A stretch of 63,952 bases of DNA, counting the filler, from Stramenopiles sp. TOSAG23-3 (taxonomy: Eukaryota): the NCBI GenBank assembly GCA_900128585.1. It is 3 parts of 3 records of this genome, joined end to end, with 100 filler letters (N's around TTAATTAATTAA, not from the genome) between each part and the next. Parts side by side here need not be neighbours in the genome. Positions count along the whole stretch, not along the records: positions 44,068 to 63,952 come from LT642388.1; 2 more parts are not named here. One strand, written 5' to 3'. The position numbers and the translations under genes were made by a program. Every line of letters begins with the position of its first letter. The first letter of the stretch is position 1. The notes below the pieces were generated by a model, which did not search any database, was not told the origin of the DNA, and saw only the letters and a program-made list of their open reading frames with translations. Below are positions 53,712-63,952 of this stretch, piece after piece.

Positions 53712-56700
53712 TTAACAACGACGAACATGGGCCTCTTTGGCACCAACTTCTTGGGCAGAAACACTTTTTGCCAGCACATCAGCAATACCGTTGGATGCTG
53801 ACAAACATGGGCCATTTGATGCCCGCAGCGCTTTCCCAGGAAAACTATTGGTTTTTCCAGCAGGAGACGCCGGGTTCGTTTTCAATTGTATCCGGCACGA
53901 CAAGCATGTTCCTAGACTTACTTGCGAAGATTCAATACCATGTTGGAAATGTTCCTTCGATTTCCACTGTTTGCACCTACTGCATTTTGCTTTGCCTCCG
54001 TACTGTTTAATTCCTGGAGAAAAGATTGGAGATTCAGAATTGCACTGTACAATCCCATCGGGGGCAGAGGGAGTACCAAAATTTTCATTTGACTCTTGGC
54101 TTTTGCGCTTTTTTAGTAGCTTTCCTACTCGGTTGTTCTCTTCAACGATGGTATTGGTTTGTGACACCTCTGGACTTGCTTTGCGGTCAGAAACAGATTT
54201 TGTCTTCCTCTTGTACCTAAGCGGCCCTCGTTTTCGTTTACTACCACCTCTTCCTGCAAGGTCTACGCTCCGGTCCGCTTCTTTGCGGGAAATCCACGCC
54301 CCTGTCGTCGCCGGCTTTCTGTTCACATCTATGGTCTCGGCGGTCGCGGAACTCTTTCCAAATTTTGAGTTTGCTGCCAGAAAGACAGATGCCAGTTGCT
54401 TCTTCGGCTGCTGCTTTGCCGGCACAGGAACAACCCCCCCTGGCGGATTCAACTTGAGCGTTTTGAAGAACTGCTCAACGGACCGAACCGCATTCCCCAC
54501 GGAATGGTAGGTGTCCACGGCCGGGCGTACCCACTTTGAGAGCTGGTTGACCACGCTGGGATTATCGCAGTACCTAGGATCAATCAGAAATATTGCCCCG
54601 TAATCGTGCCTGTGCCGTATGCACCGACCAAGGGCTTGGTTCAAGGCTCGGTATGCCTGTTGGTTGTACCATTGAGAACCACTCAACGAATACTCTTTCT
54701 CTCCACTCTTCTTCTGCTTATCTTGGTAAGCTCTTTTCAAAACGACTTTCAAGTCTTTGTAAGCTGGGAACGGAATCCCAACGATAAAAACTGCTCGCGC
54801 GTTGTGGTCTGAGAAGTCAACGCCTTCGCTAATCTTTCCGCGAAAAACCGCAAATAGCAAGGCGCCACTTGACGATGCTGCCTCAAGGTAGCCTTCCATG
54901 CATTCTTCCATTTCCAATTTACCCTTTCGTGGTTCTGTGAAGCACCTCTTGACCGATTCAATACGCTCCCACAGGCCAGTATCTTTCCACCGGCTGACTA
55001 CCTTGTCCATCAGGCTGTATGACGGAAAGAATACCAATACCCCTTCTGGAATTTTTTCAATATTTCTGTAAAGTACATTTCCAAGTGCATCTTGGTACTG
55101 GGGGCGGCTAGTATTGTTATACACGGCCTTTAGAGAGTTTCGTCTTGAATCGGCCCCGATTGCCCCTACCCAAAGCTGTTTCTGCAAATTAATCACGTGC
55201 TTGGCCTCCAATCGCATTTTAAATTCCACGCCGAGCTCGGAAGCAAACGATTCCAAGGGTGACAACGTTCCGGATGCAAGTATCACCGAATGGGCGGCGT
55301 CGGCGACTTCTTGAAACGCCACTGCCGGGTTCATGCACCACAAGCAGAATTTGAAAACGGTCGTCTTTCGCCCCGGGGTCCTCCCCACCCGCTTCTGCCA
55401 CCCTTGCGTCGCATCAACCACCAAGCGATACGACTCCACATACTTCATATTATTTGCAAACATGTACTCACAAGTTGTAACCAACTTATCGCAGGCAGAC
55501 AGGGCTTGACCAGATAAATTCTGATCTCCGTCCCCGCCATCCGATTCGGCAATGGCTTTGGAGATAGATGCAATGCACTCTCTTAAATTTTCTATGTTCC
55601 CTGCGTGCATCCCACACGCCCTTTTAAGCGTCGCCGCCGACCTGATTCCTTCGTACGTATTTTTCTTTCCACCCTGAATCTCTTGGATGCTCAGATGGGA
55701 TGCTATACCGTTGACAAAATCGAGTACCCCTTGCATCACCCCTCGGAGCTGTGTGTATTTCAGTTTCTCAGCAGTCTCCTCCTTAATCATGCGTTCCAGT
55801 TGTTCCAGTGCATGGATCAGATCGTCCTGGGTCAACTCGCAACTTGCTGCTTCCCTAGACACGTCCTCCACGTTGTGGGCTTCGTCGATAACAACCACCG
55901 CGTCTTTCAGGTTAATGTCCATTGCGTGCCGAATCACAGGGTCCAACAGGTAATTGTATGGGGCGAAGACAATGTGTGCCCCGGACACCATGTCTCGTGC
56001 GCCATAATAGGGACATGCGTGAAGGTCTTGCCCTGTTGTCACCAAGTCTTCAATGTCCCATACCGGCGGTGCGGCCGTCAGCAAGCGCTTCGAATTATTT
56101 CGGTGTTCGCAGGCGTGCTTCTTTACCAGCGATTTGCATTTTTCGTTCAGTTCCCCACCATTTAATTTTCTTGCTTGCGGGTTCACACAGTAATGCTTAC
56201 GCGAGCCCAGCGTTGATGTTTTTAACGACTGTTGCAGCCTGCCGTACTTCGTTATGGTAATGTACTCGGGGCACTTCTTTAGCTCGTTTACCACTTGTGC
56301 GATTTGCGAGTGAGTCCGGGACGTAAAAAATATTTTCTTAAACTTTGGCGTATCGGTTCCTTTGGCCGATACTTTCTTTTCAACGGGGGGGTTTAGCATA
56401 TGGTGCTGTTGCCACGTCAACGTGCTGCACAACAAGGCAAGGGTTTTTCCTGTTCCAGTCGGGGACTCTACGAGAGCGTTCTTGGATTGGTGTAGTGCGC
56501 GCAGTACCTGCGCCATAACGCTAAACTGAGATGGAAATGGCTTCTTCCCTACCGGAAACCTTACTTTGTACCCACTGATATTGAACACGTTTTCAGCCGG
56601 TCTGGGGGGTGGCAAAATGGGCGTGTTCGTGCGTTCCTGGGCAAAATTTTTGTCGGGGTTTCGTTCAAAGGAAGCGAAGGGTCGATCCAAGGTTTGAGGC

Positions 56701-56924
56701 TGCGGGTCGTAGTTCAGACTGACGCTTGGCCGACCGCGCACATTCGGATCAGAGAGTTTTGCAGACTCCATTGCCGCAGCATGAGTCTTCTTTTTCTTCT
56801 TCGCACTCATAAATACATCGTCCGAATCGTTCGTACTGGGGATGGCATCCAGAAGAGCAAAAAATGAATCGTCGCCTTCACCCGTACCCGGACTATCGAC
56901 CGCGACCGGATTTTCCCGACTCAT
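53712..56924 (-). CDS. BRIP1: XPD-family Fe-S DNA helicase, FANCJ/BRIP1-like
   Basis: PFPSQ, ESPTGTGKTLALLC, SRTHSQIAQ, Fe-S cysteines (HYCVN, EKC, AC, ACPYY), IDEAHNVED, WCMNPAVAF, SGTLSP, RGKISEGVDFSDHNAR, QAYRALNQALGRCIRHRHDYG. RTEL1 is not fully excluded. Confidence 0.88.
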   Translation of the reverse strand: MSRENPVAVDSPGTGEGDDSFFALLDAIPSTNDSDDVFMSAKKKKKTHAAAMESAKLSDPNVRGRPSVSLNYDPQPQTLDRPFASFERNPDKNFAQERTNTPILPPPRPAENVFNISGYKVRFPVGKKPFPSQFSVMAQVLRALHQSKNALVESPTGTGKTLALLCSTLTWQQHHMLNPPVEKKVSAKGTDTPKFKKIFFTSRTHSQIAQVVNELKKCPEYITITKYGRLQQSLKTSTLGSRKHYCVNPQARKLNGGELNEKCKSLVKKHACEHRNNSKRLLTAAPPVWDIEDLVTTGQDLHACPYYGARDMVSGAHIVFAPYNYLLDPVIRHAMDINLKDAVVVIDEAHNVEDVSREAASCELTQDDLIHALEQLERMIKEETAEKLKYTQLRGVMQGVLDFVNGIASHLSIQEIQGGKKNTYEGIRSAATLKRACGMHAGNIENLRECIASISKAIAESDGGDGDQNLSGQALSACDKLVTTCEYMFANNMKYVESYRLVVDATQGWQKRVGRTPGRKTTVFKFCLWCMNPAVAFQEVADAAHSVILASGTLSPLESFASELGVEFKMRLEAKHVINLQKQLWVGAIGADSRRNSLKAVYNNTSRPQYQDALGNVLYRNIEKIPEGVLVFFPSYSLMDKVVSRWKDTGLWERIESVKRCFTEPRKGKLEMEECMEGYLEAASSSGALLFAVFRGKISEGVDFSDHNARAVFIVGIPFPAYKDLKVVLKRAYQDKQKKSGEKEYSLSGSQWYNQQAYRALNQALGRCIRHRHDYGAIFLIDPRYCDNPSVVNQLSKWVRPAVDTYHSVGNAVRSVEQFFKTLKLNPPGGVVPVPAKQQPKKQLASVFLAANSKFGKSSATAETIDVNRKPATTGAWISRKEADRSVDLAGRGGSKRKRGPLRYKRKTKSVSDRKASPEVSQTNTIVEENNRVGKLLKKRKSQESNENFGTPSAPDGIVQCNSESPIFSPGIKQYGGKAKCSRCKQWKSKEHFQHGIESSQVSLGTCLSCRIQLKTNPASPAGKTNSFPGKALRASNGPCLSASNGIADVLAKSVSAQEVGAKEAHVRRC

Positions 56925-57807
56925 TCCTCTCGACTCAGTGCTTCAACAACAACAGGACCGCGCCGAGCTCCTCCGTATACAATTGATCTTCTGATCCTCT
57001 TCGTCGTCGTGGCTGTTGAGAAATCTATAATAACAATATTTAAAAACTCCTACGAATACGCTTAAAACGCGACCAGTTGATAATTATTTTTTACTACTAA
57101 ATGGATAAATTAACATTTACGTACACAGACACATAAACACATACATACAAGAACTTATGACAACTATGAAAACACAAACCTTTGTTTTTTTAAATGTCAT
57201 CGCAACAAGTTTGTTCCTTTTTTGTCGGTACGGTTCCGGCGGTAGTACGGTAGTAGTTACCAGGTAGTAGTATTATTATTATTATTATTATTATATAAAA
57301 TAATAAAAATAATAATATAAAAAAATAATACATAAAATAATAATAATAAATTATTCCTCCTTCTTTCTTTCTCTTCTTCTTCTTCTTTTTTGCTGGTTGG
57401 TGTGTGGGTGGTGGGGTTGTTTTTCAAAATTCAGATGATGGAGGAGGAAGGAAGAGAGAGAAGAAGAGACGATCCGGTATTATATACTGGTATTAATACC
57501 CCAAGGTACCAAGTATAATAAGAAGAATTATTATTAAAAAAAAGTCAAATTGAATTGTTGTGAATAAATATGATGAAAAAAAACCAAATTATTATATAGA
57601 ATATGATGATATTAAATATATTTTACTTCTTTTTTGGAGGATATAATGGCTACTACTTTGATTAAGTTAGACGACTAAAAAGAAAATAATGGTGGCTGTT
57701 CTTAACGTTTTACAGAATTTGCCAGGTAGTATCTACGTACTAAAACCTGTGTAAAAAGTACTCGTTATGATTTTTATTTTTCACCTTTTCTTTTTTACGT
57801 ACAATTT

Positions 57808-58566
57808 TCAACAGGTTCTCATTCCTTCTTTCCCGCCAGCCATGGTGGCTCTACGTTGCATTCGGTCCGACATACCAGAAGATTGGCTTGCTTTCAACCC
57901 TTGGAAATGTAGCTTATGGTTCAGAATGTAAACGGTCTTGGTTCGTTTATATTTTCCTTTGAAAAGTGCCGCGTCGAAAGAACACTGCCACGCCCCATTT
58001 TTCGTTTCTTCTATAGTTTTAAATACACAAATGTTTACCTTTTCTAAAGCTGATATGTAAAACACTTCGGCTTCTTGCGCCCACAGTGCAGGACGATTCT
58101 CGGCATTATCCGCCATGCGCTCCATCATCTCGGTCCAATCCAACTGTAGTTGCATTTTTGCACCTTCTTGTAGCAAGGCAAAATGAGGAACGTTCCCTGG
58201 TTCACGGTATTGCTTGAGAGACGCACCAACGTAGTTCTTGAACGCTTTGCCATCCATGCCGCTGCTCTTGACAGATACAAAAGCGTGGTAAAAGCAGTTG
58301 CCATCCGAGGGTGTTGGCAAAACAGTAAAGACGATTGGTTTTCCCATCGGAGAAACGCGAGGAATATACCACGGGTGGTTTTCTTTCACGGGTTCTACAT
58401 CTAATTTTTTTTGAGAAATTTTAGCCGTTGTTCGAACTGGTATGGTTTGACGCACACCAATCGTTTCAAAAACGTACGCACATTGGTTTTGGGAAAGCAA
58501 ACTATAGCCTACCACTACCGCAAAGACAGCAGGCACGACACTCCAGAACCCCCTACCACTGACCAT
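57808..58566 (-). CDS. OTU-family cysteine protease with an N-terminal hydrophobic signal/anchor
   Basis: PSDGNCFYHAF (catalytic Cys), WAQEAE, NICVF, HFQGL (catalytic His); N-terminus FWSVVPAVFAVVVGYSLL. Confidence 0.8.
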   Translation of the reverse strand: MVSGRGFWSVVPAVFAVVVGYSLLSQNQCAYVFETIGVRQTIPVRTTAKISQKKLDVEPVKENHPWYIPRVSPMGKPIVFTVLPTPSDGNCFYHAFVSVKSSGMDGKAFKNYVGASLKQYREPGNVPHFALLQEGAKMQLQLDWTEMMERMADNAENRPALWAQEAEVFYISALEKVNICVFKTIEETKNGAWQCSFDAALFKGKYKRTKTVYILNHKLHFQGLKASQSSGMSDRMQRRATMAGGKEGMRTC

Positions 58567-59257
58567 AAACAAACGCCAATATGCCCACGCGAGCCCTCGT
58601 GCTACTATGTTTAATTCAAATAATGAAACCTCTTCCTAATCCTCCATTTATAACTAGCATAAGAGACAGATTGATTTGTTTGGCCAATAAACTTTAAACT
58701 ATAGAAGCATGCACGTCGTGGTCGTTGGATTCTGAATTCTGACCGAGAAAAAAAGTTATTATTATTATTATTGTTTATTTTTTTTAAATTATTATTTCCA
58801 CCAAATAATAATAATAAATAATATGGTATTATTTAATATTATAACATAATAATAAAACAAATTATTTTATTATATTAATATTACTATACAGATAGTAGTA
58901 CAATAAGAGTCAGTCCGTCCTCCTGCTCCTCCTATTTTATTTTTAGAAGAAGAAGAAAGAAGAAGAGAAGAATAGAAGTAGTATTTAAATAATATAGTAG
59001 TAGGAGAGATCCCCCATCCCCTCCTCCTCTCCCCCCCCCGCCCGAAAATTATACCAGGTATTTTACTACCACCAGTTCTATTGTTGTATTTTATATTATA
59101 TGGCAACTGTTCACGTCACATTCTTCTTTGTTCGATAAATTTGCTAATTTAGGCATCATCGGCTCGGAAGTAATTTCGCCAGACAAAAGAGAATCGGGTT
59201 TTAATCTGCGACTCTTTCCATTACACGCGGGGGTTGTAGTGGGCGTCAGTAGTCTTC

Positions 59258-60433
59258 ATGGGAGCAACTTGCAGTTCTGCAAACGCCGTTGATATGGGAG
59301 GTAAGAACTCAAAAGACTCTGGGGCGTTCGACTCTATCGAAGAAGATGCGAGGAGGGGCAGCAAAGAATCTGTATCCAATGGTGGCCGCAATGTGAAGGG
59401 CGAAAATCCGTACTCAAATGTTTCTACAGGCACTGCATCACACACGAACGACGTCGCGAGTGACGACTCCTCCACGAAGAAACTCGTTCCCACGCACAAA
59501 GATGCCGTGAACGATATTGTTCTGCACGTGGGTCAGTCGAAGACCACCCCGACCTTGTTGACGTGCAGCGACGACAAATCAATAGCCCTTCAAGCTCTTG
59601 GTTCGACCGAGGACGCCGCGAAACGTTGGTCGGGGCATTCCAAGCCTGTAAATAAAGTGGTCTGTAATGAAAATTTTATTTTTTCATGCAGCCGAGATTT
59701 GAAAATAAAGCAATGGGTAGTGGATTCTCCTGATGCATGCGCAACGTACGAAGGGCATACGTTGACGGTAACTGCGTTGGGCATCCGGTCCGATGGGACA
59801 CGGATCGCTTCTGGGTCGAGGGACACTACCATAAGGGTATGGGATGTTGCGACAGGGAAACAACGCGCTCGAAACAGCACGCCCCGAAATTTAGTCACAT
59901 GTTTGCAGTGGTTCCCGGATAACTCTTCGTTGCTGGCACAGGGCAGCGAAGACCTGTCCTTGCGCATATGGGACGTTCGAACTAGCGTTGTAAAGGCATC
60001 CCAGACGTTCAAAGGTTACGTCTACTTCCCTCTTTGCTTAGATATATCCCCGGATGGTAACGAAATTTTAACAGGAAGCAAGGGGTTTAACGGTGTTGGC
60101 TGCGAAGTGAGAGTATGGGACGTTCGTGCGGGTAAGGTAAGACTGGAACTGAACGGGCACGAGCAGGACGTGAAGGCCTGTAAATTCTTGACCGAATCTC
60201 CAGGGCGTGTGATTACCGGATCAAAAGATAAGACGGTTCGGGTGTGGAACATTGCGAGCGGGGCGAACGGGTCGTCTAGAATGGTGCATAATTATAAAAT
60301 GCACGGCGACGGGGCGTTTGCGGCAATGTGCGTAGTGGGGCAGCAGGCACAGGAGAACGCGACTGTTGTGTACACTGGTGCGGCTCTGGACGGAACCCCA
60401 GAAATGTTCTCGGCCTGTATCCCGTGTTTTTGA
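59258..60433 (+). CDS. WDR31: WD40 protein WDR31-like with an N-terminal MG-x-x-C-S acylation motif
   Basis: GHTLTVTAL, SGSRDTTIRVWDV, RNLVTCLQW, SEDLSLRIWD, KGFNGVGCEVRVWD resemble WDR31. Confidence 0.8.
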   Translation: MGATCSSANAVDMGGKNSKDSGAFDSIEEDARRGSKESVSNGGRNVKGENPYSNVSTGTASHTNDVASDDSSTKKLVPTHKDAVNDIVLHVGQSKTTPTLLTCSDDKSIALQALGSTEDAAKRWSGHSKPVNKVVCNENFIFSCSRDLKIKQWVVDSPDACATYEGHTLTVTALGIRSDGTRIASGSRDTTIRVWDVATGKQRARNSTPRNLVTCLQWFPDNSSLLAQGSEDLSLRIWDVRTSVVKASQTFKGYVYFPLCLDISPDGNEILTGSKGFNGVGCEVRVWDVRAGKVRLELNGHEQDVKACKFLTESPGRVITGSKDKTVRVWNIASGANGSSRMVHNYKMHGDGAFAAMCVVGQQAQENATVVYTGAALDGTPEMFSACIPCF

Positions 60434-60734
60434 ACATTTTCTGCTGGGGTTCAAATTAGAAAAAGCGCGAAGGATGTCGATCAAATTTGCACAAACACTT
60501 GAAATTCGTGCGGAAGCAAATAAAAGACAAAGGTGTACCGTGTAGGATTATCTATCTCTTATAAACTGAACAAATATTAACTTTATTGAATTATCCAGGT
60601 AAGAATTCCTTCTACTTAATACTTCGTGCTTTCGTAATTGAGTTAATTTTTAAAAGTTTTATTGACGTGTATTTTTCTTTTCTCTAGAAATACTGTACCA
60701 ACTTGAAACATAAACTTATGATTTAGAGCATAAG

Positions 60735-60838
60735 ATAAGTTCGCAGTACATTAAGGAATGTAAACCTCGAATGTCTAAACCTAGAGTTCAGTTCGCAGTA
60801 CATTAATTTTAATTACGTAAATAACAGCCAATTTTCTT
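60735..60838. repeat. Degenerate dispersed element ending in the AATAACAGCCAATTTT motif; related copy at about 28268-28420
   Basis: Shared blocks aagttcgc, aatgtaaacc, tctaaa(c/t)ctaga(g/t)ttcagttcg(c/t)agta and aacagccaatt in the same order. Confidence 0.7.
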
Positions 60839-60955
60839 TCGTTTGATTTTTAGATACTGAATTAGGTGTTTTGTTTTTTATAATATCATGATTCCATATC
60901 TTACGAAAGAGGTAACATTAAATATCCGCGCAAATTCTTTCTCGTTTCTCCGTCG

Positions 60956-61288
60956 TCAGTCTTCTTTGATTTCCTTCTTCTTTTTTGATTTTCTCTTTTT
61001 CTGCTTCTTCTCTTCTTCCTTCTTCTTTGCCACTGGATTCTTCTGCACTACTGTAGTAGCAGACGCAGATTTTCTTGTCTTCATGATGTCCTGCATTGCA
61101 TTCACTTGGTTCTGCATGTTGACTTTTTCATAGTGCAGCCTTTCCCGACGCTTCATTTCTCTCCCCCAAGCACCGTCTTTCCAAATGAAATAGAATATAA
61201 GTCCATAAGCGGACAGGCAAATGAAAGCAACCGCATGCCCAATGTACAAACGGAAATCAATGTTTTTCGTAAAATACAATAATGACAT
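60956..61288 (-). CDS. Small single-pass membrane protein with a basic tail (hypothetical; may have an upstream exon)
   Basis: Hydrophobic AVAFICLSAYGLIFYFIW followed by a charged C-terminus; moderate GC compared with flanks. Confidence 0.45.
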   Translation of the reverse strand: MSLLYFTKNIDFRLYIGHAVAFICLSAYGLIFYFIWKDGAWGREMKRRERLHYEKVNMQNQVNAMQDIMKTRKSASATTVVQKNPVAKKKEEEKKQKKRKSKKKKEIKED

Positions 61289-62045
61289 GCCAACCGACAA
61301 CAATTGTTACGTTGGAGGAGCGTATATAAAGTATATATATCTATATACGTCTTCAGAGTACGTAATATTATATGAACCTTCAAAGGACCCGAACAGGTGA
61401 TCTTCTGTGGAAAATAGGACTGACGTGATTCAGTCTTCCTCCGGGCACGTTCTTGCCAATGAACTCTTTCCTTGTTTTCTTTCGGTTATAACAGTAAACC
61501 ACCAAAATACCATCACTTTTTAACATAGAAATATATAAAAAAAAGAAGAGAAGTGTGTTTATTCACTCACATATATATAATAATAATACACAATAAATAA
61601 TAATAATAATAAAAAAATAATTATTATATAAATAGAAGAAGAAGAAGAAGAGAAAAAATAAAAAATAATATTATAATGTAATAATTATAGTATAAAAGTA
61701 GTAGTAGTACTACTAACTAGTCTAATAAATTAATAATGAATAAAACCACCACCCACCTCCTTCTTTTTCTTGCTTGTGATTTGGATGGTCCATCACTTTT
61801 AGAAAAAAACATTTAGTGTTATACATTAGGGTAATTATACTTATCTGGATTCTTGTACAGGTAGTGCCTGGTACGGTAGGTACCCGTACCTGTACAGGTA
61901 CGTACCACCAAGATAGAAGAAGGCACCAGAGGTACGGAACGAAGGCAGACACAGACAAAAATAAATTCTTTTATAAAATATATTTTGAAATTTCAAACTT
62001 TTAAGTGTTTTCCAAAGAATGAAAACATGTAAAATACTGATACAT

Positions 62046-63119
62046 TCATTTCCTTAGCAAATCTTCTAAGCTATCGCCGAACCCATCCGCCGATTCGCGA
62101 ACATGGGAAATCGGGGCCTTCCACTCGTTCAATACACTATAAATCTCTTCAAATGGTTTACGGTCACGAGGGTCTTGTGCCCAGCTGGATTGTACAAGCT
62201 CCCTGACCGTTTCCGGGACGTCGAATCGGGGAATTTCTGGCCGCTCCCCCCGGACAACCCGGTCTCTAATCTCGTGCGGGTCCATCGCGTTCCAGGGCAC
62301 TTCCCGGGCAAACATTTCCCACAAGACAATTCCAAAAGCATACACGTCCACCTCCTTCGAGAATGGCTTGTTCTTCAGCAACTCCGGCGCCATGTACGAG
62401 GGGGTGCCCGCGGTCGTGATCCTCGTGGTGACAAGGCCAAAGTCGCACAATTTAATGCGAAGGTCAATAGTCAACAAAAGGTTTGGCGATTTAATGTCCC
62501 TATGGATTATCGCAGGTTTTTGACGATGAAGGTACGCCATCCCTGCGGCAAAATCCTTGGCCATTTGCACCAGGGTCTCCACTTCTAGTTTCTCAGCCGT
62601 CAAGTGCAAAAGCTGGTACAGGGATCGGTCGCAGAGTTCCATGATAAAGAGCATTTTTGGCGGCTTCACATTTGCAGCAAACAACTCGACCACGTTAGGG
62701 TGGTTGAGAGAGCTCATGACATGCAATTCGTCCATGAACTCTTTCTTCAATTTTTCGTCGACCCTTGGGTCGAAAAGCGTTTTTAGTGCGACGTGCCGCC
62801 CTTTCCAGTACCCTTCGTAAACTATTGCAAACCCACCGCCGCCTATCCGCTCTCCTATGTCCACATCGTCCATGTCCGCGACTTCCCACGGCGTTCCCCC
62901 TTCTCTGCCACCATCATTTTCAGCCTTTTCTTCAACAAGTTCCCTAGAGCTATTATCCACGTTTTCCACATGGCTGGAAGCCTGAATGTCGGCCTTGTCC
63001 GATGAAGGTTTTACATCGTCGTTTTCCTCTTCCTCCTCAAAGTCGTCGTCCCCATACGACTCTTCGTCGTCTTCAAAATCGTCGTCCTCGTAAGACTCGT
63101 CTACCTTTGACGAAGCCAT
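62046..63119 (-). CDS. Tyrosine kinase-like (TKL, Raf/MLK-like) protein kinase with an acidic N-terminus
   Basis: IGGGGFAIVY, VALK, IIHRDIKSPN, DFGL, GTPSYMAPE, DVYAFGIVLWEM, WAQDPRDR. Start ATG 63119. Confidence 0.92.
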   Translation of the reverse strand: MASSKVDESYEDDDFEDDEESYGDDDFEEEEENDDVKPSSDKADIQASSHVENVDNSSRELVEEKAENDGGREGGTPWEVADMDDVDIGERIGGGGFAIVYEGYWKGRHVALKTLFDPRVDEKLKKEFMDELHVMSSLNHPNVVELFAANVKPPKMLFIMELCDRSLYQLLHLTAEKLEVETLVQMAKDFAAGMAYLHRQKPAIIHRDIKSPNLLLTIDLRIKLCDFGLVTTRITTAGTPSYMAPELLKNKPFSKEVDVYAFGIVLWEMFAREVPWNAMDPHEIRDRVVRGERPEIPRFDVPETVRELVQSSWAQDPRDRKPFEEIYSVLNEWKAPISHVRESADGFGDSLEDLLRK

Positions 63120-63952
63120 CAATAAATATGTTAAAACACCGACAGACCGTTTCCCTATTCGTTTCCTATATTTTTCAATACAGAGTATCTCTGTAACTAT
63201 GATCTCTTTTCCAATTCCAACTAACAAATATATAATTATACTTATGAAACAATGACAGTTCAAATTCAAGAAAAAAATAATAATTATTATATATTTAAAT
63301 TATACTTGGTATAATCAATCACAGTATATTATTATTAAAGCTTTTATAATAATGATGTATTTATTGTGAATAATATTTTTTAGTGGAAGCGAAGAGGGGG
63401 GGGTTCTGCGCTGTCAGTCATCGTGGTGTTTCCTTTTTTTCAAAAAAAATCAAGTTTATAGCTTAAGGAATATATATAATATTAATACTAAACAATATAG
63501 AAATAATATTCTCAATATATTATAGTACTCTTAATAAATAATTATATGTTCGAAAGAAAAATAATTGTTTTATTTATTATTTATTCGTCTCATGACTCCT
63601 GCTGCTGCTATGTTGGATATTTTTTATTTATTTAAAATCATTACAAATATAATACTATATTTCATTATTATTATAGTTAAAAGCTGATGTATTTTTTAAT
63701 TATTTTCTGAATGAATTCTTCACTTTTTTTTCATTTTTTGTTGTTGCTGTGTTGTTGTTTTTTGTTTTTTGTATAGAAGAATAAAATATTAATCATCTTT
63801 CTTATACTTACTTATACGAGTTAGTAGTTGAATTTTTTTTATTGTTGTTGTTGTGTTACGTTGATATGATGATGAATGATAATAATATTTGTTGATGATG
63901 AAGCAATGAGATGATGATGAAGCTTTTTTTTTTTTTTATTATTATTAGTCTA

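Noticed and set aside
1-63952. tRNA, rRNA, transposase, reverse transcriptase or viral hallmark genes
   Set aside because: None recognised by eye; small ncRNAs cannot be excluded without tRNAscan-SE/Infernal.

Overview
Eukaryotic, gene-dense and intron-poor DNA with AT-rich, microsatellite-laden intergenic regions and a standard genetic code. It most likely comes from a flagellated protist; a stramenopile-like source is inferred, not shown. The window is three contigs joined by artificial 100-nt linkers (N44-TTAATTAATTAA-N44 at 21938-22037 and 43968-44067), so adjacency across the linkers has no biological meaning. About 26 protein-coding genes are supported. Recognisable ones include NOB1, TIM22, UEV/MMS2, PKG, KAP3, an LC8-type dynein light chain, a tubby-domain protein, uridine kinase, NIFK/NOP15, a DUF4062-NACHT protein, a partial PKD2-like channel, sideroflexin, DNAJC2/zuotin (one intron), ATP sulfurylase-APS kinase, a FANCJ-like helicase, an OTU protein, WDR31 and a TKL kinase. 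Best candidate for an undescribed system: one ORF (29861-31849) that fuses an OTUD6/Otu2-type N-terminus, a catalytically degenerate HEN1 methyltransferase domain and a TSR2 (eS26 escortin) domain, a possible 40S/18S 3'-end maturation factor. Also notable are a near-invariant ~27-bp motif in convergent 3' intergenic gaps, two other recurrent intergenic motifs, a possibly mitochondrial sulfate-activation enzyme, a signal-anchored OTU and a NACHT protein lacking the Walker A lysine. All family calls come from recognising motifs by eye; no searches were run.
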